Assembly (NCBI GenBank): GCA_951406725.2
Contig: OX597839.1
Location: 2,356,001-2,420,000, forward strand
Source of the DNA: Octopus vulgaris
Taxonomy: Eukaryota
Direction of reading: 5' to 3'
DNA length: 64,000 nucleotides
Numbering within the stretch: the first letter of the stretch is position 1; each line of letters opens with the position of its first letter. The notes under the pieces are model-generated. The model was not told the origin of the DNA. It did not search any database and worked only from the letters and a program-made list of their open reading frames with translations. Made by a program: the position numbers and the translations under genes. Below, piece after piece: positions 13,522 to 29,836 of the stretch.

Positions 13522-14395
13522 AAATATGTATGTATGTATTTATATGCGTGTATATATATATATATGTATTTATGGATGTATATATATTTATGTTTGTGTA
13601 TTTGTATGTATGTGTGTATATATGTTTATATTTATATTTATGTTCCCAACGAAAATTATTTCATGTTCTCCCGAAATTTTTTAATTTGTATAACGTCAAC
13701 AATGTGTGTGTGTGCGTGTTTGTGTGCATGTGAGTCCAGACAGATTTCTCTCCCTTGCACTATAAATTTGTCGAAAGACAGAGGGGTGGGGGAATGTAAA
13801 AGTAGTGTATAACTAGTGTTTAATGCTCCGTACCAACTTTCTCATAACTTTTTTTTATAATAGCTACTCTTTAAATAAAATATTATACAGGTACGTTTTC
13901 GAAGGTATCGATGATTATCTTGAGGAAGAAAATACTACACTGAAAGAAAAAAGTCCAGACGAGCAGGAATGACTTATATATTATATATATATATTTATAT
14001 ATATATATATAAATACATATATATAAATATATATGCATACATAATTCCATATATAAATAATATCTTTATGGACGGAAAGTTACTATGGAAGACTCATAGT
14101 ATAATAACTGAAAATGATGAGCAAACCTCAGGCTGAATCGAACATATATATATATATAAACTTAGATATGTTTCTACCAAAAATTGGTCCAGGCCATGTC
14201 TAACTTAATAGCACCACCTAATAGGATTATTTGAATCCTGTTTAAGTCAGGTTTTGTTTATGGTCCATATACATAAATACGTATATCTGTGCATACATAT
14301 ATATATAAATGCATTTATATATATACATACTAATATATATATATATACACACATAAATACATATAAATATATATATATATACATATATACATACA

Positions 14396-14427
<32 letters not shown>

Positions 14428-14463
14428 CATACTTACATACATACATACATACATATACATACT

Positions 14464-14543
<80 letters not shown>

Positions 14544-14767
14544 TACATACAAAGTATGTATATATATATATATATATATACGTTCCATTCAGCCTATATA
14601 TATATAATACTATGAGTCTTCCATAGTAGCTTCCTGTCCGTAACACGCAAAGCCTTTCAGGTTTGTTTATAAAAATATTATTTATATATGTAATTATGTA
14701 TGCATATATATATATAAATCTATTTATGTATGTATATGTATTTATATATATATATATATTTATGTAA

Positions 14768-14871
<104 letters not shown>

Positions 14872-15283
14872 TTATATGTGTGTATATATATTTATGTTCC
14901 CACCGAAAATTATTTCATGTTCTCCCGAAATTTTTAGTTTATAAAACGTCAACAATTTGTGTGTGTGTGTGTGTGTGTGCATGTGAGTCCAGACAGATTT
15001 CTCTCCCTTGCACTATAACTTTGTCGAAAGACAGAGGGGTGGGGGAATGTAAAGGTAGTGTATAACTACTGTTTAATGCTCCGTACCAACTTTCTCAATT
15101 TTTTATTTATGATAAGTAGTCTTTAAATAAAATCTCATACAGGTACGTTTTCGAAGGAATCGATGATTATGTTGAGGAAGAAAATATTTTTCTGAAAGAA
15201 AGAAGTCCACACAAGCAGGAATGACTTTGTAGTTAAAAAATGCGCTTTTTAACCAAATGGTTCCGTGTGTAGTCCATACATAA

Positions 15284-15335
<52 letters not shown>

Positions 15336-15724
15336 CATATACATACATAAATAGATGTATATAACTATATATGCATTCATAATTCCATATATAAATAATA
15401 TCTTTATAAACAAACCCGAAAGGCTTTGCGAGTTACGGCCAGAAAGTTACTATGGAAGACTCATAGTATAATAACTGAAAATGATGAGCTAACCTCAGGC
15501 TGAGTCGAACATATATATATATATATTTATATATACATATATAAATACATAGATTTTCCTTTTGGGCTGGCCAGAGCGGAGCAATCTCAAGAATAATCAG
15601 CCGACATTGCGAGAATGATCCGGTTCTTGACTGAAGATTGAAGGCTTTGAATGTCCTGTCCATGTTTTTAGTATCGTCTCCTAAATGTTTTACGTTCTTG
15701 TCCCAGTTTGTATTTTTTTACATT

Positions 15725-15763
<39 letters not shown>

Positions 15764-15848
15764 GTACATATATATATATACATACATATATATATATACA
15801 TACATATATATATATACATACGTGTATATATACAAACATACATATACA

Positions 15849-15879
<31 letters not shown>

Positions 15880-16103
15880 GGCGCAATGGCCTAGTGGTTA
15901 GGGCAGCGGACTCGCGGTCGCAGGATCGCGGTTTCGATTCTCAGACCGGGCGTTGTGTGTGTTTATTGAGCGAAAACACCTAAAAGCTCTACGAGGCTCC
16001 GGCAGGGGCTGGTGATCCCTGCTGTACTCTTTCACCACAATGGCGGTGCCCCAGCATGGCCACAGCTCAAGAGCTGAAACTGGAAAAACAAAAACAAAAA
16101 CAA

Positions 16104-16105
<2 letters not shown>
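15880..16105 (+). mobile_element. tRNA-Arg-like SINE (family A) with LINE-type 3' tail
   Basis: tRNA head at 15880; tail gcggtgccccagcatggccacagct...gagctgaaact nearly identical to the tail of the adjacent LINE. Confidence 0.85.
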
Positions 16106-16147
<42 letters not shown>

Positions 16148-16199
16148 TATATATATATGCATATATATATATATATATATTTACATATATATACACATA

Positions 16200-16770
16200 T
16201 AATCACAGAACTTGAGGCCATCCAACGAAGCTACACATAGAAGATAGCCTCTGTGCAGCATATAAGCTATTGGGAAAGACTCAAGAGATTGAGACTCTAT
16301 TCTTGGAGCGTAGGCGAGAAAGATATGCCATAATATACATCTGGAAGATCCTAGAAGGACTTGTCCCAAACTTTGGCATCAAGAGTTACACAAATGACAG
16401 AACTGTGCGCCACTGTGTGGTGCCAAGGACTCCACATATGCCATCAAGATGTAGGACAAGATACTGTGATAGACTGGGCTTCCGAGGCCCACAGCTCTTC
16501 AATATCCTCCCGAAGAACCTAAGAGACCTGCATAGGGTGGATGCAGATGTCTTTAAAATGAAACTGGATTTCTTCTTGTCAGGTATCCCAGATGAACCAA
16601 CTTCACGGCAGGAGGTGCAGATGAGGGCAGTTGCATCGAACTCTCTCATGCACCAAAGGGCAGTTGCTAAAAAGCATTCGTGAAGTAAAATCATGTAGCA
16701 ACACCAAATCGCGGTGCCCCAGCATGGCCACAGCTAGTGAGCTGAAACTAGATAAATAATAAATAAAAGA
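16200..16770 (+). mobile_element. CR1-like LINE 3' fragment (degenerate)
   Basis: [10 protein letters not shown]...[25 protein letters not shown]..., homologous to 7130-7567; carries a stop and a frameshift; 3' tail present. Confidence 0.88.
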
Positions 16771-16775
16771 TGAAT

Positions 16776-16827
<52 letters not shown>

Positions 16828-16843
16828 TATATACACAAATAAG

Positions 16844-16983
<140 letters not shown>

Positions 16984-17006
16984 CATATATATATACTTAT
17001 ATATAC

Positions 17007-17037
<31 letters not shown>

Positions 17038-17217
17038 AACATATATACATATATATATATATACATATATGCATATATATACATACATATACATACAAAT
17101 ATATACAAATATAAATATATATATACATATATATATATACATACATATATACATACATACATATATACATACATATATATATATACATGCATATATATAT
17201 ATATAGATAGATATATT

Positions 17218-17250
<33 letters not shown>

Positions 17251-17338
17251 ATACAAACATATATATATACATACATATACATACATGTATATATATATAC
17301 ATATATACATACAAACATACATACGTATATATACATAC

Positions 17339-17412
<74 letters not shown>

Positions 17413-17643
17413 GTATATATACACATATATATACATACATATCTATATATATATACATATATATATATACATATATATATACATATATATATATACATAT
17501 ATACATATATATATATACATATATATATATACATATATATATACCTATATATATATATACATATTTATGCATACATATATATATATATGCATACATATAT
17601 ATATATATATAAATACATACATCTATATACATATGTGTATATG

Positions 17644-17684
<41 letters not shown>

Positions 17685-17816
17685 ATATATACATATATAT
17701 ATATACATACATATATATATATGTATATATATATATGTATACATATATGTATATACATATATATATACATACATATATATATATATACATACATATACAT
17801 ACATACTTATATATAT

Positions 17817-17847
<31 letters not shown>

Positions 17848-17913
17848 CATACATACATACATATATATATTTATATATATATATATACATACATACATAT
17901 ATATATATATATT

Positions 17914-17980
<67 letters not shown>

Positions 17981-18715
17981 CATACAGCCTAAGGTTAGCT
18001 CCTCATTTTCAGTTATTATACTATGAGTCTTCCATAGTAGCTTTCCGTCCGTAACTCGCAAAGCATTTCGGGTTTCTTTATAAAAATATTATTTATATAT
18101 GTAATTATGTATACATATATAGTTATATATATATATGTATATATGTATGTCTATGTATTTATATATATATGTAATTATGTATGTGTATATATATATATTT
18201 ATATATTTATTTATATATGTACGTATGTATGTATATGTGTGTATATATATGTATTTATGGATGTGTATATATCCATGTTTGTGTATTTGTATGTATGTGT
18301 GTGTATATATTTATATTCATATTTATGTTCCCACCGGAAATTATTTCACGTTCTCCCGAAATCTTTTAATTTGTATAACGTCAACAACCTTTGCGTGTGT
18401 GTGTGTGTGTGAGTCCAGACAGATTTCTCTCCCTTGCACTATAAATTTGTCGAAAGACAGAGTGGTGGGAGAATGTAAAGATAGTGTATAACTAGTGTTT
18501 AATGCCCCGTACCAACTTTCTCAATTCCTTAAATAAAATCTCATACAGGTACGTTTCCGAAGGAATCGATGATTATGTTGCGCAAAAAAATAATACAGTG
18601 AAAGAAAAAAGTCCAGACGAGCAGGAATGACTTAGTGGTTAAAAACTGCGCTTTCAAATCAAGTGGTTTCGTGTGTATTCCAAACGTAAATACATATAGA
18701 TATATATATATATAT

Positions 18716-18764
<49 letters not shown>

Positions 18765-18940
18765 CATATACATACATAAATAGATGTATATAAGTATATA
18801 TGCATACATAATTACATATATAAATAATATTTTTATAAACACACCCGAAAGGCTTTGCGAGTTACGGACGGAAAGCTACTATGGAAGACTCATAGTATAA
18901 TAACTGAAAATGATGAGCTAACCTCCGGCTGAATCGAGCC

Positions 18941-18976
<36 letters not shown>

Positions 18977-19095
18977 TATATGCGTGTGTGTGTGTGTGTG
19001 TGTGTATACATACATATATATATATGCATATATATATACATACATAAAAATATATATATATATATATACATACATACATACGTATATATACATAC

Positions 19096-19126
<31 letters not shown>

Positions 19127-19168
19127 CATAGTATGTAAATATATATATATATATATATACTTACATAC

Positions 19169-19209
<41 letters not shown>

Positions 19210-19214
19210 ATGTA

Positions 19215-19290
<76 letters not shown>

Positions 19291-19588
19291 TATATGTATT
19301 CTTGTATAACATATTTGGATTTTTCCTTGTATAGCCTGTCCTGTACTTGTCGTAAAAAAAAATTTTTGTTTTTCCCGTTTCTACGTCTGTGTCGTACGTC
19401 CTATATTACGTATATTTATTTATATGTGCATGTATATATACATATATATGTAGGTGCGTACATATATGTTTGTATGGATACATATATTTTTATTTATCAC
19501 GTTATTGTCTGACAGCGCCTCGCGTCATTCGTTTCGATTTATCGGCTCGTTCCACTTCTTATCTCCATTCAACATTTATATATATATC

Positions 19589-19633
<45 letters not shown>

Positions 19634-20312
19634 TCAGCCTGAGGTTAGCTCATCATTTTCAGTTATTATACTATGAGTCTTCCATAGTAACTTTCTGTCC
19701 GTAACTCGCAAAGCCTTTCGGGTTTGTTTATAAAAATATTATTTATATTATGTAATTATGTATGTATATATGTATGTCTATGTATATACATCTATTTATG
19801 TATGTATATATATATATATATATTTATTTATATATGTATATGTATGTATATGTGTGTATATATATATTTATGGATGTGTATATTTGTTTGTGTATTTGTA
19901 TGTATGTGTGTGTATATATTTATATTCATATTTATGTTCCCACGGAAATTATTTCACGTTCTCCCGAAATCTTTTAATTTTTATAACGTCTATACAACCT
20001 TTGTGTGTGTGTGTGTGTGTGTATGTGAGTCCAGGCAGATTTCTCTCCCTTGCACTATAAATTTGTCGAAAGACAGAGGGGTGGGGGAATGTAAAGGAAG
20101 TGTATAACTAGTGTTTAATGCCCCGTACCAACTTTCTCAATTCCTTAAATAAAATCTCATACAGGTACGTTTTCGAAGGAATCGATGATTATGTTGCGCA
20201 AAAAAATAATACAGTGAAAGAAAAAGTCCAGACGAGCAGGAATGACTTAGTGGTTAAAAACTGCGCTTTCAAATCAAGTGGTTTCGTGTGTATTCCAAAC
20301 GTAAATACATAT

Positions 20313-20367
<55 letters not shown>

Positions 20368-20752
20368 CATATACATACATAAATAGATGTATATAAGTAT
20401 ATATGCATACATAATTACATATATAAATAATATTTTTATAAACACACCCGAAAGGCATTGCGAGTTACGGACGGAAAGCTACTATGGAAGACTCATAGTA
20501 TAATAACTGAAAATGATGAGCTAACCTCGTCTGAATCGAACATATATATATAAATTCATATATATATATATACTATTAAAAAGGGTTCGGTAAAATAATT
20601 GCGTCTCCGCATACCGATAAAAAATATATATTTAAAAGGGTCTTCCAGAGAACTCAAAGTATAAGTTTAAACACACAGGCAGAGGGTAAGGCAAAGGAAA
20701 ATCAATCGATATCTGCTACCGAATCCTACTGTGTTTGTGATTACTTCTGTGC

Positions 20753-20788
<36 letters not shown>

Positions 20789-20790
20789 GC

Positions 20791-20882
<92 letters not shown>

Positions 20883-20914
20883 GCATATATATATATATGC
20901 ATATATATATATGC

Positions 20915-20986
<72 letters not shown>

Positions 20987-21029
20987 CATATATGTATATA
21001 TATATATATATATAGACTTACATACAAGG

Positions 21030-21114
<85 letters not shown>

Positions 21115-21458
21115 GTATATATATATATATATTTATATGTATTTATGTATGTATATATATATGCATATATATATGTATGCACACACACACACATTTATAT
21201 ATATATTTGTTGTATAGCCTGTCCTGTACTTGTCGTAAAAAAAATTTTTGTTTTATACCGTTTCTACGTAACCTGTCGTGTCCTATACTTACGTATATTT
21301 ATTTATATGTGCATGTATATATACATATGTAGGTGCGTACATATGTTTGTATGGATGCATATATTTTTATATTATCACGTATTGTCTGACAGCGCCTCGC
21401 GTCAGGTTCGTTTCGATAATTATATCGTTCCACTTCTATGTCTCCATTCAACATTTAT

Positions 21459-21506
<48 letters not shown>

Positions 21507-21672
21507 CGATTCAGCCTGAGGTTAGCTCATCATTTTCAGTTATTATACTATGAGTCTTCCATAGTAACTTTCTGTCCGTAACTCGCAAAGCCTTTCGGGT
21601 TTGTTTATAAAAATATTATTTATATATGTAATTATGTATGCATATGTACTTATATACATCTATTTATGTATG

Positions 21673-21703
<31 letters not shown>

Positions 21704-22131
21704 ATGTGTGTATATATATATTTATATTTATATTTATGTTCCTACCGAAAATTATTCCATGTTCTCCCGAAATCTTTTAATTTTTATAACGTCTATAATA
21801 TTTGTGTGTGTGTGTTTGTGTGTATGTGAGTCCAGGCAGATTTCTCTCCCTTGCACTATAAATTTGTCGAAAGACAGAGGGGTGGGGGAATGTAAAGGAA
21901 GTGTATAACTACTGTTTAATGCTCCGTACCAACTTTCTCTATTTTCATTTTATAATAGATAGTCTTTAAATAAAATCTTATACAGGTACGTTTTCGAAGA
22001 TATTGATGATTATGTTGAGGAAAAAATAGTACACTGAATGAAGAAAGTCCACACGAGCAGGAATGACTTTGTAGTTAAAAAATGCGCTTTCTAACCAAGT
22101 GGTTTCGTGTGTAGTCCAAGTATAAATACAT

Positions 22132-22172
<41 letters not shown>

Positions 22173-22671
22173 CATACATAAATAGATATATATAACTATA
22201 TATATATATACATAATTACATATATAAATAATATCTTTATAAACAAACCCGAAAGGCATTGCGAGTTACGGACAGAAAGTTACTATGGAAGACTCATAGT
22301 ATAATAACTGAAAATGATGAGATAACCTCAGTCTGAATCGAACATATATATATAAATTCATATATATATATATACTATTAAAAAGGGTTCGGTAAAATAA
22401 TTGCGTCTCCGCATACCGAAGTTAAAAAATAGCAGCCAAAATCTTAGCCATTTCTTCTACTTTAAAAAGGGTCTTCCAGAGAACTCAAAGTACTTGAAGT
22501 TTAAACACACAGGCAGAGGGTAAGGCAAAGGAAAATCAATCGATATCTGATCTACCGAATCCTACTTCGTGAAATTTATTGATTACTTCTTAATTAATTA
22601 ATTTTACCCCTTGTTATTATATATATATATATACATATATATACATATATATATGCATATATATATATATA

Positions 22672-22749
<78 letters not shown>

Positions 22750-22811
22750 TATATATATATATATGCATATATATATATATGCATATATATATATGCATAT
22801 ATATATATATA

Positions 22812-22929
<118 letters not shown>

Positions 22930-23312
22930 CTATGTATGTATGTATGTATATATATGTATGTATATGTATATATATATTTATATGTATTTATGTATGTATA
23001 TATATATATATATTTATATGTATTTATGTATGTATATATATATGCATATATATATGTATGCACACACACACACATATATATATATATATGAATGTTCGAT
23101 TCAGCCCGAGGTTAGCTCATCATTTTCAGTTATTATACTATGAGTCTTCCATAGTAACCTTCTGTCCGTAACTCGCAAAGCCTTTCGGGTTTGTTTATAA
23201 AAATATTATTTACATATGTAATTATGTATGCATATATTTTTATATATATGTATTTATGTATGTATATGTATTCATATATATATATATATATCTATTTATG
23301 TATGTATATGTA

Positions 23313-23377
<65 letters not shown>

Positions 23378-23853
23378 ATGTATATATATGTGTGTATATA
23401 TATGTATTTATGGATGTATATATATTTATGTTTGTGTATTTGTATGTATGTGTATATATATTTATATTTATGTTCCCACCGAAAATTATTTCATGTTCTC
23501 CCGAATTTTTTCAATTTTTATAGCGTCAATAATGCGTGTGTGTGTGTGTGTGTGAGTCCAGACAGATTTCTCTCCCCTTCACTATAAATTTGTCGAAAGG
23601 CAGAAGGGTGGGGGGAATGTAAAGGGAGTGTATAACTACTGTTTAATGCTCCGTACCAACTTTCTCAATTTTTTATTTATGGTAAGTAGTCTTTAAATAA
23701 AATCTCATACAGGTACGTTTTCGAAGGAATCGATGATTATGTTGAGGAAGAAAATATTACACTTAAGGAAAAAAGTCCAGACGAGCAGGAATGACTTTGT
23801 AGTTAAAAAATGCGCTTTCTAACCAAGTGGTTTCGTGTGTAGTCCAAACAAAA

Positions 23854-23902
<49 letters not shown>

Positions 23903-24373
23903 CATATACATACATAAATAGATATATATAACTATATATATATATACATAATTACATATATAAATAATATCTTTATAAACAAACCCGAAAGGCATTGCGA
24001 GTTACGGACAGTCAGTTACTATGGAAGACTCATAGTATAATAACTGAAAATGATGAGATAACCTCAGTCTGAATCGAACATATATATATAAATTCATATA
24101 TATATATATATATACTAATAAAAAGGGTTCGGTAAAATAATTGCGTCTCCGCATACCGAAGTTAAAAAATAGCAGCCAAAATCTTAGCCATTTCTTCTAC
24201 TTTAAAAAGGGTCTTCCAGAGAACTCAAAGTACTTGAAGTTTAAACACACAGGCAGAGGGTAAGGCAAAGGAAAATCAATCGATATCTGATCTACCGAAT
24301 CCTACTTCGTGAAATTTATTGATTACTTCTTAATTAATTAATTTTACCCCTTGTTATTATATATATATATATA

Positions 24374-24481
<108 letters not shown>

Positions 24482-24493
24482 TATATATATATA

Positions 24494-24527
<34 letters not shown>

Positions 24528-24581
24528 TATATATATATATATATGCATATATATATATATATGCATATATATATATATATA

Positions 24582-24643
<62 letters not shown>

Positions 24644-25032
24644 CTATGTATGTATGTATATATATGTATGTATATGTATATATATATTTATATGTATTTG
24701 TGTATGTATATATATATATATATTTATATGTATTTATGTATGTATATATATATATATATGCATATATATATGTATGCACACACACATACACATATATATA
24801 TATATATATATGAATGTTCGATTCAGCCTGAGGTTAGCTCATCATTTTCAGTTATTATACTATGAGTCTTCCATAGTAACCTTCTGTCCGTAACTCGCAA
24901 AGCCTTTCGGGTTTGTTTATAAAAATATTATTTACATATGTAATTATGTATGCATATATATTTATATATATGTATTTATGTATGTATATGTATTCATATA
25001 TATATATATATATATTTATGTATGTATATGTA

Positions 25033-25075
<43 letters not shown>

Positions 25076-25554
25076 ATGTATATATATGTGTGTATATATA
25101 TGTATTTATGGATGTATATATATTTATGTTTGTGTATTTGTATGTATGTGTATATATATTTATATTTATGTTCCCACCGAAAATTATTTCATGTTCTCCC
25201 GAATTTTTTCAATTTTTATAGCGTCAATAATGCGCGTGTGTGTGTGTGTGTGTGAGTCCAGACAGATTTCTCTCCCTTGCACTATAAATTTGTCGAAAGA
25301 CAGAGGGGTGGGGGAATGTAAAGGGAGTGTATAACTACTGTTTAATGCTCCGTACCAACTTTCTCATAACTTTTTTTTTCTAATAGTTAGTCTTTAAATA
25401 AAATCTCATACAGGTACGTTTTCGAAGGAATCGATGATTATGTTGAGGAAGAAAATATTACACTTAAAGAAAAAAGTCCATACGAGCAGGAATGACTTTG
25501 TAGTTAAAAAATGCGCTTTCTAACCAAGTGGTTTCGTGTGTAGTCCAAACAAAA

Positions 25555-25589
<35 letters not shown>

Positions 25590-25784
25590 CATATACATAC
25601 ATAAATAGATATATATAACTATATATGCATTCATAATTCCATATATAAATAATATCTTTATAAATAAACCCGAAAGGCCTTGCGTGTTACGGACAGAATG
25701 TAACTATGGAAGACTCATAGTATAATAACTGAAAATGATGAGCTAACCGCAGGCTGAATCGAACATATATATATATACATAATT

Positions 25785-25828
<44 letters not shown>

Positions 25829-26400
25829 AATTGAGATAGGGGTTGTAAATACAACCCTCATGGGATAACATATATCCAATATACTGTAAGATGTAGTTTA
25901 TATTTATATTTACTTATATTTATATTCTCTTATACTTATTGTATCACATTACTTCTTTATGTACACTCTTTTGTCATATATTATTATGTTTGACCTTAAA
26001 GTTTCTTATGTGGTGGTTTAATAAAGTATGTGATTGGGTATTATCTGGAAATTGATATTCGATTTGGATGTATTTCTCCGTTTTCTTTTTTTTATATATA
26101 TACATATATATATGTGTGTGTGTGCATGCATATATATATATATATATGTACATACATACATAAATACATATAAATATATATATATATATATATATACATA
26201 CATACATACATATACATAAATACATACATATATATATATATACATAGTACGTATATATATATATATATATATACATACATACATAGTATGTATAGATATA
26301 TATATATGCATATATATATATATATATATATACAAGGTATGTCTATATATATATATATATGTTCGATTCAGCCGGTGGTTATATATATATATATACAAGG

Positions 26401-26445
<45 letters not shown>

Positions 26446-27514
26446 GATTCAGCCTGAGGTTAGCTCATCATTTTCAGTTATTATACTATGACTCTTCCAT
26501 AGTGTCTTTCTGTCCGTAACTCGCAAAGCCTTTCGGGTTGGGGTATCACAGACGCCTTTTCGACTGTTTATAACCGAAAGGGGTTTTTTTTTTGAAAACC
26601 CAATATTTACACGCTGTTGTTTATAACTCTATCTGCTTCGAAATTCCCCGTTCCCACCGAAAATTATTTTATGTTCTCCCGAAGTCTTTTAATTTGTATA
26701 ACGTCAACGACATGTGTGTGTGTGTATGAGTCCAGACAGATTTCTCTCCCTTGCACTATAAATTTGACGAAAGACAGAGGGGTGGGGGAATGTAAAGGGA
26801 GTGTATAGCTACTGTTTAATGCTCCGTATCAACTTACTCAATTTTTTTTTATAATAGGTAGTCTTTAAATAAAATATTATACAGGTACGTTTTCGAAGGT
26901 ATCGATGATTATGTTGAGGAAGAAAATATTACATTGAAAGAAAAAAGTCCATACGATCTGGTATGACTTTGTAGTTAAAAAACGCGCTTTCTAACTAAGT
27001 GGTTTCGCGTGTAGTCCAAACATAAATACATATATATATATATAAATACATATACATACATAAATACATATATATAAATATATATGCATACATAATTACA
27101 TATATAAATAATATTTTTATAAACAAACCCGAAAGGCTTTGCGTGTTATGGATAGAAAGTTACTATGGAAGACTCATGGTATAATAACTGAAAATGAAGA
27201 GATAACCTCCGGCTGAATCGAACATACATTTACATATATATATGTCTCTGCTGTAAAGCTTCACTTCCACACACGCCAGCTTAATTTAATTCATCCTTAG
27301 TCGAAAGACACCATGTCCTGTTATTTGCATTTCTATACCATTTCTTCCGTCCTCGTTTTCGTATACATTCGCTGTTTTCTTCCAAGGAATCTAATGCTCT
27401 TAGCATAGTTTTTCCTTGGGGCCGGCCAGATTGGAGCAATCTCGAGTATAACCAGCCGAAATTGCAAAGATAATTTCTGGAACTCAACTGAGGAAAGAAA
27501 ACTCTACATATATA

Positions 27515-27900
27515 AACAATTATATAAACAGCACAGCTCCCATGACTTTCGGAAACATTTTTTCACGCTGAGTGTTGCTGAAGCATGGAACAAACTGCCG
27601 GCATCGGTTGACTTTCGGAAACATTTTTTCACGCTGAGTGTTGCTGAAGCATGGAACAAACTGCCAGCATCGGTTGTTAGTTGTCGGAGCACTGCATCCT
27701 TCAAAACTTACATGCTTTCTGAGATTCGCCAACACTACACCTGATTTCCTCTCCTCCATACACACACAAGCATGTATCTGACTCATACATTGTTCGCTTT
27801 CCAGACATTTGTACATTACTGAATATACTTTATACGCACTTTCTGACAAGTTGTGGGGCACCTGAACACTGTATACAATAATTTCATTATTATTTTATTT
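27515..27900 (+). mobile_element. CR1-like LINE 3' end with internal ~61-bp duplication
   Basis: DFRKHFFTLSVAEAWNKLPASV occurs twice, followed by a 3' UTR ending ttcattattatt. Confidence 0.7.
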
Positions 27901-27914
27901 ACTATATACATATA

Positions 27915-28300
27915 TAGGCGCAGGAGTGGCTGTGTGGTAAGTAGCTTGCTTACCAGCCACATGGTTCCGTGTTCAGTCCCTCTGCGTGGCATCTTGGGCA
28001 AGTGTCTTCTGCTATAGCCCTGGGCCGACCAATGCCTTGTGAGTGCATTTGGTAGACGGAAACTGAAAGAAGCCTGTCGTATATATATATATATGTATGT
28101 GTGTATATGTTTGTGTGTCTGTCCCCCTAGCATTGCTTGACAACCGATGCTGGTGTGTTTACATCCTCGTCACTTAGCGGTTCGGCAAAATAGACCGATA
28201 AAATAAGTACTGGGCTTACAAAGAGTAAGTCGATTTGCTCGACTAAAGGCGGTGCTCCAGCATGGCTGCAGTCAGATGACTGAAACAAGTAAAAGAGTAT
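27915..28300 (+). mobile_element. tRNA-derived SINE (family C)
   Basis: ggcgcaggagtggctgtgtggtaag head, internal TA/TG microsatellite, tail ggcggtgctccagcatgg...gaaacaagtaaaagagt. Further copies at 28636-29030 (-), 29636-30048 (+), 37050-37447 (-), 46680-47046 (-), 50035-50437 (-), 54320-54720 (-), 57752-58060 (+) and 62490-62820 (-). Confidence 0.85.
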
Positions 28301-28307
28301 ATATATT

Positions 28308-29260
28308 TAAATGCAGACAACGGACAGAATGGATACTGAGGTCCTTCAAGACGAGAAACCAAGTAAGTATGTTGACCTGTGGAGAACCTTTGCTCTCGGC
28401 CACCTGGACTAGTTCCCAGTTATGGTCACCACATAGTGCCAAACTAACAGTGGGGCTTGAAGCAGTCCAACGCCAATACACTAGAAAGATTGAGACAGTG
28501 CAGTGAATGAGATAAAGAGATAGGCTGAGAGAACTACAACTCTATTCATTGGAGCGAAGGCATGACAGATACGCAATAATATACATATGGAAAAATCCTT
28601 GAAGGGCTAGTACCTTACTTTGGCATTGAGTGTTACTCTTTTACTTGTTTCAGTCATTTGACTGTGGCCATGCTGGAGCACCACCTTTAGTCAAGCAAAT
28701 CGACCCTGGGACTTATTCTTTGTAAGCCCAGTACTTATTCTATCGGTCTCTTTTTGCCGAACCGCTAAGTGACAGGGACGTAAACACACCAGCATCGGTT
28801 GTCAAGCGATGGTGGGGGGACAAACACAGACACGCAAACATATACACACACATACATATATATATACGACAGGCTTCTTTCAGTTTCCGTCTACCAAATC
28901 CACTCACAAGGCATTGGTCGGCCCGAGGCTATAGCAGAAGACACTTGCCCAAGGTGCCACGCAGTGGGAATGAACCAGGAACCGTGTAGTTGGTAAGCAA
29001 GCTACTTACCACACAGCCACTCCTGCGCCTGTTATACAAATACCAGAACTGGCCGCCCTTACATTGTACCTAAAGTACCGTCCACTCCATCTAAATTCAG
29101 GACTAGGTATTGCAATAGTCTAGGGTTCAAAGGCCCACAGCTTTTCAAAGCTCTGCCACAAAAATTAAGAAATTTGCATAAGGTCGAAGTAGAAGTCTTC
29201 GAAAAGGAATTAAAATCCTCCTCTCCACAATGCTGGATGAACGAACAGCCCAAAATGATT
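28308..29260 (+). mobile_element. Old CR1-like LINE fragment split by a family C SINE
   Basis: WILRSFKTR...SQLWSPH...LEAVQR before the SINE (28636-29030); [16 protein letters not shown] after it. Confidence 0.75.
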
Positions 29261-29500
29261 CAAAAATAGAATTCTTGGAAAAAATAGATTCCGAAATTTA
29301 AAAACGCAATAAATTCCAAAATTTAAAATAACGGACGGAACTTAGTTGCCAACCCAATACTTTTTGATTGCATAGGGCCAAGGCTTCAGTAGTGTTGAGA
29401 CGGGTCACACATTTGCAAGGCTTATGGTGGATCTAACTGCTGCTCTTAATTCTCTTGAATTTGATCCACAGCTCAACCAAATCTGCTTCAAACTGTAGAG

Positions 29501-29797
29501 CAGTGGTTTCCAACCAGGGTTCCACGGAACCTTAGGGTTCTGCCAGTACAGTCCAGGGGTTCTGCAAGAAGTTACAAAACTGCTAAAATCGGCAGTAATT
29601 TTTAATTCTCCTGTGCAGATATGTGTGCATAAGATGCAGGAGTGGCTGTGTGGTAAGTAGCTTGCTTACCAACCACATGGTTCCGGGTTCAGTCCCACTG
29701 CGTGGCACCTTGGGCAAATGTCTTCTACTATAGCCTCGGGCCGACCAATGTCTTGTGAGTGGATATGGTAGACGGAAACTGAAAGAAGCCTGTCGTA

Positions 29798-29836
<39 letters not shown>

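Noticed and set aside
15880-15952. tRNA-Arg gene
   Set aside because: It is a SINE head that continues into SINE body and tail and recurs in several copies.
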